Below the pieces are notes generated by a model, which saw only the letters and a list, made by a program, of their open reading frames with translations, was not told the origin of the DNA and searched no databases. A stretch of 62,234 bases of DNA from sequence record DRR723986_597, one strand, 5' to 3'. The position numbers and the translations under genes are program-made. This document shows, one piece after another, positions 37,830 to 48,268 of the stretch (positions are counted from its first letter, which is position 1; the number at the start of each line of letters is the position of its first letter).

Positions 37830-38181
37830 GAAAGCGTCCTAAAAACTGCGCGGCCCGTCAGGCTGCCCCCTACAAACCGCAGTGATCCGGCGCGTTCCGG
37901 GAGGAACGCTTTTGAGCCTCGGTGATTTAGGTTTCTTGAAACAAGAATGCAAGCAAGGAAACGACACCGAAGTGTGCGTGGTGATCATGCCGGTCCGTTT
38001 CAGGAACGCAAGCCGTTCGTCGGGGAATGTGCAACCGGCTTCTGCAACGGTGCCGATCCCAGCTTTGCCCTGACCTCGCAGAGGAGCGATACCAGATCAA
38101 GCAAGGTCCCTTCCCCCAAAGCTTTCACGTGATCCTGAACATGAATAACGGTTCCGTGCAGCCGGACAGCCGGACAGCCGC

Positions 38182-38940
38182 CTACCTCCAGTCGCCCACC
38201 GTTGCCTGCAGAACCGCCAGGGCTGCGACAGCTGCCGTGTCGGCGCGCAGGATACGTGGGCCCAGGGGAATTGGCGTGACAAAATCGAGACTGCGCAGAA
38301 GAGACCGCTCCTCCTCGGAAAAACCGCCTTCCGGCCCGATCAGTATGGCGAGCGGCTTCGGACCGCTTTCCTTCATCTGGGCCAGGGTCAAAAGCGGATT
38401 GTTTGTCCCTTCCGCTTCATCGCAGAACAGCAACCTGCGGCCGGGCTGTGCTTCGTTCCAGACCGCAAGCACATCTGTCAGCGGCTGGGGCGCAAGAACT
38501 TCCGGCACGGCCAGAACACCGCATTGCTCGGCCGCTTCGATCACATTTGCTTCCATCCGCTCGAGATTGATTCGACTGGCCTGGGTATGCTGGGTCAGCA
38601 CCGGCTTCAGGCTGCCAGCTCCCATCTCCACGGCCTTTTGCACCATATAGTCCAGCCGGGCGTGCTTGAGCGGCGCGAACATGTACATCAGGTCATTTGC
38701 CGAGGTTTGCTCGCGAGTGCGTTCCATCAGCTGCAAAGTGCAGTCGCGCCGGCCATTGCTGACGATCTTGGCCAGCCATTCGCCATCATTGCCGTTGAAG
38801 ACAAGCACGTAGTCGCCATCCTTGAGGCGCAGAACGTTCAGCAGATAGTTCGCCTGGCTGCGGTCCGCATCTATGCGCGCGCCATCGGCAAGGATATGTC
38901 GCAGGAACAGTCGTTGCATATTGAACTCGTATTTGGCCAT
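38182..38940 (-). CDS. rsmE: 16S rRNA m3U1498 methyltransferase
   Basis: [38 protein letters not shown]. Confidence 0.95.
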   Translation of the reverse strand: MAKYEFNMQRLFLRHILADGARIDADRSQANYLLNVLRLKDGDYVLVFNGNDGEWLAKIVSNGRRDCTLQLMERTREQTSANDLMYMFAPLKHARLDYMVQKAVEMGAGSLKPVLTQHTQASRINLERMEANVIEAAEQCGVLAVPEVLAPQPLTDVLAVWNEAQPGRRLLFCDEAEGTNNPLLTLAQMKESGPKPLAILIGPEGGFSEEERSLLRSLDFVTPIPLGPRILRADTAAVAALAVLQATVGDWR

Positions 38941-39138
38941 GGTGCTTAGGTATGCGCTCGATTGTGAGGGTTTCAAGGCGGTTCGGATGGCTGTGGAAGC
39001 TTCCACAGCCTATTCGATTCTTACGCGCCTGCTTAAGCCGTATCTTCTTTTCCCAAGCCTTGGGCAAAGGCGGTCCTCACGGTCCTTGACCCTGCCTCCC
39101 CGAACGGCCACTTTCGGGTCAGAAGAGGAATCACCTGC

Positions 39139-40701
39139 GTGAGCGAAACCCAGTCCAACGTCGCCGAATTCTCAGTCTCCGAAATTTCCTTCTCCATCAA
39201 GCGTACGATGGAGGATGCTTTCGGTTACGTGCGCGTGCGCGGTGAACTGGGCCGGATCTCCCGGCCGGGGTCCGGTCATATCTATCTGGACCTGAAGGAC
39301 GACCGCTCGGTCCTGTCCGGCGTTATCTGGCGCGGGGCAGCCTCCAAGCTAAAGATCCAGCCTGAACAGGGGTTGGAAGTGATTGCCACCGGCAAGATCA
39401 CCACGTTCCCGGGCCAGTCGAAATACCAGATGGTGATCGACTCCCTGGAACCGGCGGGAGCTGGCGCCCTGATGGCGCTGCTGGAAGAGCGCAAGAAGAA
39501 ACTTGCCGCGGAAGGCCTCTTCGCCGAGGAGCGCAAGCGCCCGCTGCCGCCCTTGCCGAGTGTCATCGGCGTGGTCACTTCTCCGACCGGTGCCGTCATC
39601 CGCGATATCCTGCACCGGATCACAGACCGCTTTCCGCTGCATGTGCTGGTCTGGCCGGTCCGCGTCCAGGGCGAGACCTCGGGTGCGGAAGTCGCCAACG
39701 GCATTCGCGGCTTCAACGCCCTGCAACCCGGCGGACCGATCCCGCGGCCGGACGTCCTGATCGTAGCCCGCGGAGGCGGCAGCATCGAGGACCTGTGGGG
39801 CTTCAACGAGGAAGCGGTCGTCCGTGCAGCCGCAGACAGCCAGATCCCGCTGATCTCGGCCGTCGGCCATGAAACCGACTGGACGCTGATCGACCTTGCC
39901 GCCGACCTGCGTGCCCCGACGCCGACAGGCGCTGCGGAATTTGCCGTACCGGTGAAGGCCGAGCTGATGGCCATGGTCGATGACCGTTCCCGCAGGCTCA
40001 ATTCGGGCCTGGTGCGGTTCGTGACCTCCCGGCGAACAGAACTGCGTGCCGCCAGCGCCGCCCTGCCCGCGCCGCAAGACCTTCTCGCCCTGCCGCGCCA
40101 GAAATTCGACACCCTGGCCAGCAGCCTGGAACGCGCACTGATCGTGAGCACCAGAACGCACCGGACCCATTACCAGAATTTTGCCGGACGCCTGTCACCG
40201 CTGCTCCTGTCCCGCCTGAGCACGAAAGCCCGGCAGGACCTTGTCCAGGCGAGCGAACGCAAGCAACGCGCGCTGCAAGTCGCTGTCTCGCAAAAGCGGC
40301 ATGCCTTCGAAGCCCTGGCCGTGCGGCTGACACCGGCCCGGCTCGCCCAGCAGACGACGCTCGGGACCGAGCGCCTGTCCGGTCTGGGTGACCGGCTTGA
40401 CCGGGCCTATCTTGCCCGTCTTTCGCAGGAAAAGGCGCGCCTTGACGGTTTGCAGAAACTCCTGAAGTCGCTTTCCTACAAGGATGTGCTTGCACGCGGG
40501 TATGCCGTGGTGCGCGACGACAGCGGCCAACCGGTACGCTCGGCAGCAGCGATCGCGTCTGGTGCAGCCCTTTCCATAGAACTGGCGGACGGTACGGTTG
40601 ACGCCGTCGCGCTCAGCGACAGTGCCGGCCCGAAGCCTGCCAAAGTGAAAAAACCGGCGACCGGCAAGGGACCGGCAACCAGCCAGGGCAGCCTGTTCTG
40701 A
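39139..40701 (+). CDS. xseA: Exodeoxyribonuclease VII large subunit
   Basis: SGHIY.DLKD, VVTSPTGAVIRD, ARGGGSIEDLW.FNEE, SAVGHETD, RAPTPT, L.RGYA. Confidence 0.96.
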   Translation: MSETQSNVAEFSVSEISFSIKRTMEDAFGYVRVRGELGRISRPGSGHIYLDLKDDRSVLSGVIWRGAASKLKIQPEQGLEVIATGKITTFPGQSKYQMVIDSLEPAGAGALMALLEERKKKLAAEGLFAEERKRPLPPLPSVIGVVTSPTGAVIRDILHRITDRFPLHVLVWPVRVQGETSGAEVANGIRGFNALQPGGPIPRPDVLIVARGGGSIEDLWGFNEEAVVRAAADSQIPLISAVGHETDWTLIDLAADLRAPTPTGAAEFAVPVKAELMAMVDDRSRRLNSGLVRFVTSRRTELRAASAALPAPQDLLALPRQKFDTLASSLERALIVSTRTHRTHYQNFAGRLSPLLLSRLSTKARQDLVQASERKQRALQVAVSQKRHAFEALAVRLTPARLAQQTTLGTERLSGLGDRLDRAYLARLSQEKARLDGLQKLLKSLSYKDVLARGYAVVRDDSGQPVRSAAAIASGAALSIELADGTVDAVALSDSAGPKPAKVKKPATGKGPATSQGSLF

Positions 40702-40821
40702 ACGGGAAGAAAACCCTCCGCAATTTCACCAAGATTTAACCACGTCCCTTACGTCAATCTTAAGCCGGCTCGCGTAAGGTTACCTTCGTTCTGACAAGAA
40801 ATTTTCGGACGGGGGATACTC

Positions 40822-41418
40822 ATGCCTGTGCAGCGCAAGCAATTTGGAAAACGTGGACTGGACCCGCAAGGTCAGGGCCAGTGGGGCCCGAGCCAGAACG
40901 GTTATTCGGGCAACAATGCCTATGCTTCGAGCGCCGGCGGGTATGCACGCGCCGGAGGTGCCGCCGTTCAGGTTGCCGGCGACAGCAGTCTTTCCATCAT
41001 CGATGCGGTGATGCAGTTCCTCGGTTTCTTTTTCAGCTTCAACGGCCGCATCGGCAGGCTCGGTTACTGGGGCATCGGCACATTCAACCTGATCATGATG
41101 GTCGCGGTCATCTTTGCCTATTTCACCGCGATCGAGAACGAGATTCAATACTACGCAAACGCGGACGAATTACTGGCAAGCGGAAGTGGACTGACCATGT
41201 GGTTGCTGATCCTGCCGTTTTCCATTTCGAACCTCTCCGTTCAGGTTCGCCGATTCCACGACAGGGATGTGTCCGGCTATTGGCTGCTCGTCTGGTTCAT
41301 TCCGATTGTCGGCAGTCTCTTCGCCCTCTGTCAGGGGTTCGCCAACATGTTCTTCTCCGGCACACAGGGACCCAACCGGTTCGATACGCCGCAGAGCCAG
41401 GCTCACATCTTCGATTAA
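40822..41418 (+). CDS. DUF805-family membrane protein
   Basis: FSFNGRIGR..YW, VRRFHDRD.SG.W, GT.GPNRF. Confidence 0.88.
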   Translation: MPVQRKQFGKRGLDPQGQGQWGPSQNGYSGNNAYASSAGGYARAGGAAVQVAGDSSLSIIDAVMQFLGFFFSFNGRIGRLGYWGIGTFNLIMMVAVIFAYFTAIENEIQYYANADELLASGSGLTMWLLILPFSISNLSVQVRRFHDRDVSGYWLLVWFIPIVGSLFALCQGFANMFFSGTQGPNRFDTPQSQAHIFD

Positions 41419-41450
41419 CCCGAACCCGGGGCAATTCCCCGGCCAGCAAC

Positions 41451-41492
41451 AAAAAACGCCGCCGGAAAGACCTTCCGGCGGCGTTTTGTTTT
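41451..41492. terminator. Bidirectional intrinsic terminator
   Basis: AAAACGCCGCCGGAA-agacc-TTCCGGCGGCGTTTT. Confidence 0.85.
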
Positions 41493-41511
41493 CTTGAATT
41501 CGGCTTTCCCG

Positions 41512-42882
41512 TCAGGCCATCAGCTCGGGCAGGATGGTGATGATCGAAGGGAATGCCAAGAGGCCTGCGATGGTCAGGACGTCCGCGACGAAGAACGGTA
41601 CGCAGCCGCGGAAGACTTCCTGTACCGGAATATCCGGCCGAACTCCCGAGACAACGAAACAGTTCAACCCGATCGGTGGTGTGATCAGACAGAGTTCCGC
41701 CATCTTCACCACCAGAATGCCGAACCAGATCGAGCAGGCCTCACCCGACATGCCGAACGCACTGTCGGCAGCCGACACGCCTTCACCGCCGTTCAGCGCC
41801 ATCACCGCAGGATAGACCACCGGCAGCGTGAGGATGAGCATGCCGATCGCATCCATGAACATGCCGAGAACGGCGTAAGCCAGGAGGATGCAGACCATCA
41901 CCACCCAGGGCGAATAATCCAGGGCGACGATGAAGTCCTTGAAGGCGTCCGGCAGGCCGGCAAAACCCAGGAACCGCACGTAGACAAGCACGCCCCAGAT
42001 CAGGGTGAAGATCATCACCGTCAGTTTCGCGGTCTCGTGCAAGGCCTGGCCCAATTGCTTGGTGCGCATGCCTTTCATGAACGCAACGACCAGCACCACG
42101 AAGGCGCCGAGCGAACCGGCTTCGGTCGGGGTGGCCAGACCGAAGAAGAACGAACAGAAGATGATCGCGACGACGGCGATGATCGGCAGGGTTCCGGGCA
42201 CGCTTTCAAAGCGCTCTTTCCAGGTAAAGCCGCCGACCGGTGGTGCATCGCCACGCCAGGCGGCAACGGCCACGATGATGCCGACGTAGATCAATGCCGA
42301 GAACACGCCCGGCAGGAAACCGGCGATCAAGAGCTTGCCGACCGACTGTTCCACCAGAATGGCGTAGATCACCAGAATTGCGGACGGCGGGATGAGCGAG
42401 GCCAGCGTGCCACCGGCGGCAACGACGGCAGCCGACAGTCGTTTGGAATATCCGGCGGCCAGCATTTCGGGAATGGCGACACGCGCAAAGACCGCGGCTG
42501 TTGCCACCGATGCACCTGATACGGCTGCGAAACCGGCAGTGGAGAACACCGTGCCCACGGCCATGCCGCCCGGCAGCCAGCCCAGCCAGCGCTTTGCCGC
42601 TTCGAAAAGCTGCTTGGTAAACCCGGCGTAGAAAGCCAGGAAGCCGATCAGAATGAATGTCGGCAGCACCGACAGGGCATAGGTGACCGACTTGGAATGC
42701 GGGATCGTGCCTGCCATCTGCAAGGCCACGAAGAAGCCTTTGGAGAACCCCATTTTCAGGGAGAACAGCACGATAAGGCCGACCAGTCCCGTAAAGGCCG
42801 CGGCAAAAGCCACACGCACACCCAGGACGACGAGGACCAGCAGGACGCCGGTCATCAGGAGGCCAACTTCAAACGGCGTCAT
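41512..42882 (-). CDS. TRAP transporter large permease (DctM)
   Basis: SGASVATAA, GGTL..LIPPS, TPTEAG, ITPPIG.N. Confidence 0.93.
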   Translation of the reverse strand: MTPFEVGLLMTGVLLVLVVLGVRVAFAAAFTGLVGLIVLFSLKMGFSKGFFVALQMAGTIPHSKSVTYALSVLPTFILIGFLAFYAGFTKQLFEAAKRWLGWLPGGMAVGTVFSTAGFAAVSGASVATAAVFARVAIPEMLAAGYSKRLSAAVVAAGGTLASLIPPSAILVIYAILVEQSVGKLLIAGFLPGVFSALIYVGIIVAVAAWRGDAPPVGGFTWKERFESVPGTLPIIAVVAIIFCSFFFGLATPTEAGSLGAFVVLVVAFMKGMRTKQLGQALHETAKLTVMIFTLIWGVLVYVRFLGFAGLPDAFKDFIVALDYSPWVVMVCILLAYAVLGMFMDAIGMLILTLPVVYPAVMALNGGEGVSAADSAFGMSGEACSIWFGILVVKMAELCLITPPIGLNCFVVSGVRPDIPVQEVFRGCVPFFVADVLTIAGLLAFPSIITILPELMA

Positions 42883-43523
42883 CGCGCGCCTCCTTCTTCC
42901 ACGTCATCGCCAAAGGCTTCTTCGATCTCGTGTTTGGCGTGTTCCTCGACACCCTCGATCATCGGCACGCAATAGGCTTCACGAGACGGGTTCACGACCA
43001 GACGGGCGTACCCGTAGATCTGCATGCACAGGCGCAGGAACAGGAGACTGAGCGCGACCGGAACCATCAGCTTGGACGGCCAGGTCGGCAGGCGGATATC
43101 CATGGTGCTGTCGCCGATCGTCCAGGACCGGTCGAAATGGTACCAGGAGCCCCAGATCAGGAGCGCGACCGTGAAGGCGATCAGGATGACACCCAGCATT
43201 TCGCAGATGTAAAGCGTCCGGCCGCTGAGCCGGCCGAGCACGATCTCCATGCGGATATGGCCCCCGACGCGTTGGCAATAGGCAATACCGGCGAAGGCGA
43301 AGATGGCCATTGCCTGTTCGGTGATGTCGATGAAGCCGGGTACCGGGGTATTGAAGCCCAGGCGGCCGACAACCTGAAGGACGGCCAGCAGCATCAAGGC
43401 CAGGATGGCTCCTGCGGCAAACAGGTTGAAGGCATTCTCGACGTGAGCGAGCCAGCCGTCGAAGCGGATATAGGTGACCGGGCGCTCCGAAACGGAACGT
43501 CCTCCGGGATCGATTGTGTTCAT
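42879..43523 (-). CDS. TRAP transporter small permease (DctQ)
   Basis: AY.Q..GGHIRME; four TM helices; overlaps the dctM start. Confidence 0.9.
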   Translation of the reverse strand: MNTIDPGGRSVSERPVTYIRFDGWLAHVENAFNLFAAGAILALMLLAVLQVVGRLGFNTPVPGFIDITEQAMAIFAFAGIAYCQRVGGHIRMEIVLGRLSGRTLYICEMLGVILIAFTVALLIWGSWYHFDRSWTIGDSTMDIRLPTWPSKLMVPVALSLLFLRLCMQIYGYARLVVNPSREAYCVPMIEGVEEHAKHEIEEAFGDDVEEGGAR

Positions 43524-43599
43524 GAGTTAAGCCCCGAGCATTGGCTTCCCGGCGCAGGTCGCGCCGGGAAGAGTGTGAAACAGTCCAGGCTTGCCGGGC

Positions 43600-44616
43600 T
43601 TATTCCGCGAGGGTCGACTTGACCATGTCCAGGATGTCCTGCGCCGGCAGACCGTTGGCGGACTGCTCTTCCACCCAGGCGGCCTGGATCGGACCGGCCT
43701 TTTCGGCAAAGGCAGCCAGTTCGGCATCGGAGAACTCGACCTGCGTCACACCGCGGCTTTCCAGTTCCGGCCACCACTTTTCGTAGACCTTGTCATAGGT
43801 CTCCAGGTAATGCGCCAGGGCCGGTTCAACCGAGCTGTCGAGAGCTGCCTTGAAGTCGTCCGGAAGTGCGTTGTAAGCGTCGATGTTCACGATCACCGGG
43901 CACTGCACGGTTCCCGGGTTCAGGTTCTTGGTCCACCAATTGGCGACTTCAACCACCTTGAACGACAGATGCGCATGTGGTGCGAAGCTGGCAGCCGCCA
44001 CCGTGCCGGAATCAATCGCCTGATAGGTTTCCGAAGCGGTCACGGAGGTCGGCACCGCGCCGACAGATTCCATCAACTGGCCGATGCCGCCAAGGGCACG
44101 CACGCGCATGCCGTCAAAGTCGGAAATCGAGCTCGGCACATCGCCCTTGCCAGCAAAGTTGTACTGCGGCATCGGCGAAGGCATCAGAGCCTGAGCGTTC
44201 CAGCGGCCAAGGTCTTCCTTCACGGCGGGATGCTCATAGAGCTTCATCGATACCTTGATTTCCTGGTCAAGGTCCTTCACGCCCAGGAACGGCAGTTCCA
44301 GAACCGTCAAGCTCGGGTTCTTGTCCGGGTGATAGGAGGCGCAGATCTGCGCCATTTCGAACGCACCGAAGGAAATGCCGTCGAGATTCTCGCGAGATTT
44401 CGACAGGGCTTCACCGTACTGCAGTTTGATTTCGAACTTGCCGTCGGTCTTTGCGGCCACTTCTTCGGCCAACTTTTCGACATGCTCGGTAAACGCGCGG
44501 CGCTTGCCCCAGAGCGACACGTTCCAGGTTACGTCGGCGGCGAAGGTTTCGGTGGCGAATACCAGAGACAGCGCAGCCGCGGATACAGCGGTTGCGGATT
44601 TCAGTGAAAAGAGCAT
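43600..44616 (-). CDS. TRAP substrate-binding protein (DctP)
   Basis: Signal peptide; ELPFL, DFDGMRVRA, ETY.A..SGTV; GGGAGG SD before ATG 44616. Confidence 0.92.
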   Translation of the reverse strand: MLFSLKSATAVSAAALSLVFATETFAADVTWNVSLWGKRRAFTEHVEKLAEEVAAKTDGKFEIKLQYGEALSKSRENLDGISFGAFEMAQICASYHPDKNPSLTVLELPFLGVKDLDQEIKVSMKLYEHPAVKEDLGRWNAQALMPSPMPQYNFAGKGDVPSSISDFDGMRVRALGGIGQLMESVGAVPTSVTASETYQAIDSGTVAAASFAPHAHLSFKVVEVANWWTKNLNPGTVQCPVIVNIDAYNALPDDFKAALDSSVEPALAHYLETYDKVYEKWWPELESRGVTQVEFSDAELAAFAEKAGPIQAAWVEEQSANGLPAQDILDMVKSTLAE

Positions 44617-44704
44617 GCAATCCTCCCAAGACGTTTGCTCATTTCCTCGACAGCTCGGCCTGAACACCTCCGCGCACAAGCCCGTGCCAAGTCGATGAGC
44701 CTGT

Positions 44705-44720
44705 AGCATGACCCGTGCCA
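44705..44720 (-). promoter_or_regulatory. Sigma54 (-24/-12) promoter of the TRAP operon
   Basis: TGGCACGGGTCATGCT on the minus strand (GG-N10-GC). Confidence 0.75.
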
Positions 44721-44795
44721 GTTCTTGCTGGCAACACTTTCCGGCAGGAAATCGATGCTTCTTTCCGCCCCACCCTCCATTTGCTGCAGTGCAGC

Positions 44796-44842
44796 TCGGC
44801 AAGATCTTGCCGATAGCCCGGTACCCTCGGCGGATTTCCGCC
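44796..44842. promoter_or_regulatory. Tandem DctD-like upstream activator sites
   Basis: TCGGCAAGATCTTGCCGA (perfect palindrome) and GGCGGATTTCCGCC, about 75-120 nt upstream of the sigma54 site. Confidence 0.6.
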
Positions 44843-44905
44843 GGTTCCGGATGATGTGGGGAGCTTGTCTGCCAGCTTCGAACCGCCGTCACATTTCCCG
44901 ATTAC

Positions 44906-45013
44906 CTCCATCCTGAGGAGGACCATCAGGTCCGTATCGAAGGATGCGCAGCACACTCGGGGGCAAACGGCCCGTCCTTCGAAACAGCGCTCACGCGCTT
45001 CCTCAGGATGAGG
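44906..45013. repeat. Full two-armed REPIN-like palindromic element
   Basis: CATCCTGAGGA..TCGAAGGATG ... CGTCCTTCGA..TCCTCAGGATG inverted arms. Confidence 0.8.
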
Positions 45014-45056
45014 CTGGATGTTGGGGCATCGCTCGGGTGAATGCTCTCAGGAATGC

Positions 45057-46451
45057 CTATCCCTCGACAGTCTCGGCATTCGCCTGATCGCGGCTGAGGC
45101 CGAGGCGAGTCATTTTTTCGTTGAGCGTTCGCCGCGGCAGGTTGAGTTCCTGCATCACGTCGGCCATCCGCCCACCATGACGACGCAAGGCACCTTCGAT
45201 CAGGTTGCGCTCATAGGCGTCCATCAGCTCCTTCAGGCCACCTCCAACGGGAACCGGTCCCGTTTCCCGCTGGCCGGTCACCAGTTCTTCCAGCGGCTGC
45301 GGCGTGACCGGCGCGTTGAGCACGAAGCGCTCGGCGGCATTGCGCAGCTCCCGGACGTTTCCCGGCCAGCCATAGGTCTGCAGGAAAGCCTCGTCGCGGG
45401 CGCTTGTGGCCGGGGCATCCAGACCATACTGGGCGGCAAAGCGGTTCAGGAACGTATCGAACAGCAGGAGCGCATCACGGCCTCGCTCGCGCAGCGGCGG
45501 TACCCGCAGTTCAATCGTATTCAACCGGAAGAGCAGGTCCTCGCGCAGCCGTCCGCTGCGCACTGCTTCCCTGGGGTCGACATTGGCGGCGCTGACCAGA
45601 CGGATATCGACATCGACGGGTCTTGTGCCGCCGATACGGTCTACCTTTTTCTCCTGCAGCACGCGCAACAGCTTCGGCTGCAACGCCAGCGGCATGGAGA
45701 CGATCTCGTCCAGAAACAGGACGCCGCCACTTGCCGCCTCGATCCTTCCTGTCCTTTGCTTGTCTGCACCGGTGAAAGCGCCGGCCTCATGGCCGAACAG
45801 CTCCGCTTCCACCATGGCCTCCGGCAGGGCTGCCGCGTTGATCGCCATGAAAGGCCCGTTCTTGCGCGGGCTGAAATCATGCAGAGCCTGGGCAATCACT
45901 TCCTTGCCTGTGCCGGTTTCACCGGTAATGAGAACCGCAGCATCCGTTGCAGCAAAATGCAGGATCTGCTGGCGCAGGGCCTGCATGGCGGGGCTATTGC
46001 CGATCAGGCGGCTTTCCAGCCCCGCGCTATCGAGCAATTGCGTGCGCAGCGAACGGTTCTCCAGAACAAGCGCACGCCTGTCGCACGCCCGGCGAACCAC
46101 GTCGGCAATCAAATCTGGATCGAACGGCTTTTCGACAAAGTCATAGGCCCCTGCCCGCATCGCCTCGACCGCCATCGGCACATCGCCGTGACCGGTAATC
46201 AGCACCACTGGAAGATCCGCGTCGAGCGCCCCGATCTTGCGCAGAAGCGAGACGCCGTCTTCCCCGTCCAGCATCACATCCGAAACGACGCAACCCCGGA
46301 AATCGGCGGACAATCTGGCAAGCGCCTGACCTGCCGTTGCAACTTCATGGGTTTCAAAACCTGCAAGTCTTATCCATTGCCGCAGAGCCGCACGCATGGA
46401 CGGATCGTCGTCGACGATGAGAACTGGAATCTTCTGGGAAAGGTCGGTCAT
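45057..46451 (-). CDS. dctD: Sigma54-dependent response regulator, DctD-like
   Basis: Receiver (VDDD, SDV, TGHGD); GETGTGKE, ELFGHEAGAFTGA, WPGNVREL. Confidence 0.88.
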   Translation of the reverse strand: MTDLSQKIPVLIVDDDPSMRAALRQWIRLAGFETHEVATAGQALARLSADFRGCVVSDVMLDGEDGVSLLRKIGALDADLPVVLITGHGDVPMAVEAMRAGAYDFVEKPFDPDLIADVVRRACDRRALVLENRSLRTQLLDSAGLESRLIGNSPAMQALRQQILHFAATDAAVLITGETGTGKEVIAQALHDFSPRKNGPFMAINAAALPEAMVEAELFGHEAGAFTGADKQRTGRIEAASGGVLFLDEIVSMPLALQPKLLRVLQEKKVDRIGGTRPVDVDIRLVSAANVDPREAVRSGRLREDLLFRLNTIELRVPPLRERGRDALLLFDTFLNRFAAQYGLDAPATSARDEAFLQTYGWPGNVRELRNAAERFVLNAPVTPQPLEELVTGQRETGPVPVGGGLKELMDAYERNLIEGALRRHGGRMADVMQELNLPRRTLNEKMTRLGLSRDQANAETVEG

Positions 46452-48268
46452 TCTGCGGCTTCTGGTTCCCGTTCGGTCCTGGTGCCGGAGGCGCTGTCAC
46501 CGGCGCTGTTACTGGCTCTTTCACTGGCTTTCTCGCCGGACAAGGCAGGCAGACGCAATTCAAACACAGCACCCTTGGGGGTATTTGCGCGCACCGACAA
46601 GCTGCCGCCCAGGTCCTCCGCGAGCCGCATCGATATGGCAAGGCCGAGCCCCATACCCCCGCTGCTGGTCTTGGTGGAAAAGAACGGGTCGAAGATCCTT
46701 TCCTTCAGGTCCTCCGGGATGCCGGGGCCGTTATCGGAAATTGCCAGCACCAGCTCTGTCCCTTGTCGATCCGCGTGCAGTTTGACTTCACCGGCTTCTT
46801 CGCCCGCCGTTGCATCGGCACCGTTGCGCAAGAGATTGACCAGGATCTGCTCTATCCTGAGCGGAGCGGTTTCCGCCTCCAGCGGATCGGATGGAAGGTC
46901 CAGTTTCAAAAGGCAGCCGGTCTCTTCAAACCGGGGCCGTACGATCTTTTCAGCGGTCCGGACACTTTCTGTCAGGTCAATCTTCTCGATACGGCTTTCA
47001 CCGGGCCTCGCAAAGCGCTTCAGTTCCTGCGTGAGGCTGGCCATGCGCATCTGCAGGGAATCGATTTCGTCAAGGTTTTCCGAGGCGGTTTCCGTGTCGC
47101 CCTTTTCCAGGAACTTGCGTGTTCCGGCAACGAACATGCGCAAGGCTGCAAGCGGCTGGCTGAGTTCGTGCACGACTGCCGCGGACATCTCGCCCACAGC
47201 CGCCAGACGGCTGGAGCGGGCAAGGCCGCGCTGTGCTTCCAGAAGCTCTTTCTCGACACGTCGCCGCTCCTGAATCTCCTCCACCAGACGGGTGTTCAGC
47301 TCTTTCAGTCCGGCCGATTCCTGACGCAGCAACGCGGAGGCCTTGCGCAGACGCCGACCGCGCAGCACAAGGACGATGACCGCATATACAAGGCAGAGCG
47401 AAATGGTTGCCGCCCAGATCGGCAGCACGCTCTTGCGGGTCTCCTCCACCGGGACCAGGAAATGCAGGGTCCAGCCAAGCAGGCCGACATCCGCCGAATT
47501 GTGCCGGTAGTTCTTGCCGTCGATGACGAGCTGCTGTCTTTCCTGATCCAGACTATCGCTGACCGGGGACAATTCCCGGCCCGCATACTGGCGCGTTGCC
47601 TCGATCATCTGGCGCACCGCCTGCGGCAGCGCCGTCAGCGTCCGGTAGCGCCAATCGGGCTGGCTCGACAGGAAAATCACGCCATTGGCGTCGGAGGCAA
47701 AGACGGTCTCACCACCTTCGGCCCAGGCTTCTTCCAGGGGGCCCATGTCCACCTTGACCACAGCCACACCAACCGGCTTGCCGCTGACCGGCGTCGGCCG
47801 TGCCAGGAACAGGCCCGGCTCGTCCGAGGTCGCGCCGATTGCAAAGAAGCGACCTTCCTCGCCTTCAATGGCGGCTGAAAAATAAGGCCGGAAACCGTAG
47901 TTTCGGCCGACCAGCGACAAGTCTTCCTGCCAGTTGCTGGACGCCAGGGTCGTGCCTTCGGCATTCATGACATAGAGCAGATCCACGCCTGAATTTTCGG
48001 CCATTTCCTGCAGGAACCGATTGGCGCTTTCCGATGGCTGGCCAAGGTCCAGCGCTGACGTTGCGCGGGGATCCCGCGCAATCATGTAAGGCAGATAGCG
48101 GTACTTCTGGTATTCGCCCAAAATCGTCTGGCGATAAAGCGTCAGCCGCTCGGCGGCCTTCCTGTCAACGCTGTCCTCATCCAGCTCCATGAAGAGCTGA
48201 ACCAGCATGAAGGCGACAGCCACGAGCAGGAACGGTGGCAGGGCCAGATAGAGCCAGCGGTTTGACAT
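46448..48268 (-). CDS. dctB: Sensor histidine kinase, DctB-like
   Basis: Cache domain (G.NYGFRPYF), HELSQPL, QILVNL..N, DNGPG, FDPFFSTK, GMGLGL. Confidence 0.86.
   Translation of the reverse strand: MSNRWLYLALPPFLLVAVAFMLVQLFMELDEDSVDRKAAERLTLYRQTILGEYQKYRYLPYMIARDPRATSALDLGQPSESANRFLQEMAENSGVDLLYVMNAEGTTLASSNWQEDLSLVGRNYGFRPYFSAAIEGEEGRFFAIGATSDEPGLFLARPTPVSGKPVGVAVVKVDMGPLEEAWAEGGETVFASDANGVIFLSSQPDWRYRTLTALPQAVRQMIEATRQYAGRELSPVSDSLDQERQQLVIDGKNYRHNSADVGLLGWTLHFLVPVEETRKSVLPIWAATISLCLVYAVIVLVLRGRRLRKASALLRQESAGLKELNTRLVEEIQERRRVEKELLEAQRGLARSSRLAAVGEMSAAVVHELSQPLAALRMFVAGTRKFLEKGDTETASENLDEIDSLQMRMASLTQELKRFARPGESRIEKIDLTESVRTAEKIVRPRFEETGCLLKLDLPSDPLEAETAPLRIEQILVNLLRNGADATAGEEAGEVKLHADRQGTELVLAISDNGPGIPEDLKERIFDPFFSTKTSSGGMGLGLAISMRLAEDLGGSLSVRANTPKGAVFELRLPALSGEKASERASNSAGDSASGTRTEREPEAAE

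Noticed and set aside
45018-47273. 751-aa + strand ORF
   Set aside because: Antisense shadow of dctD/dctB, common in GC-rich DNA
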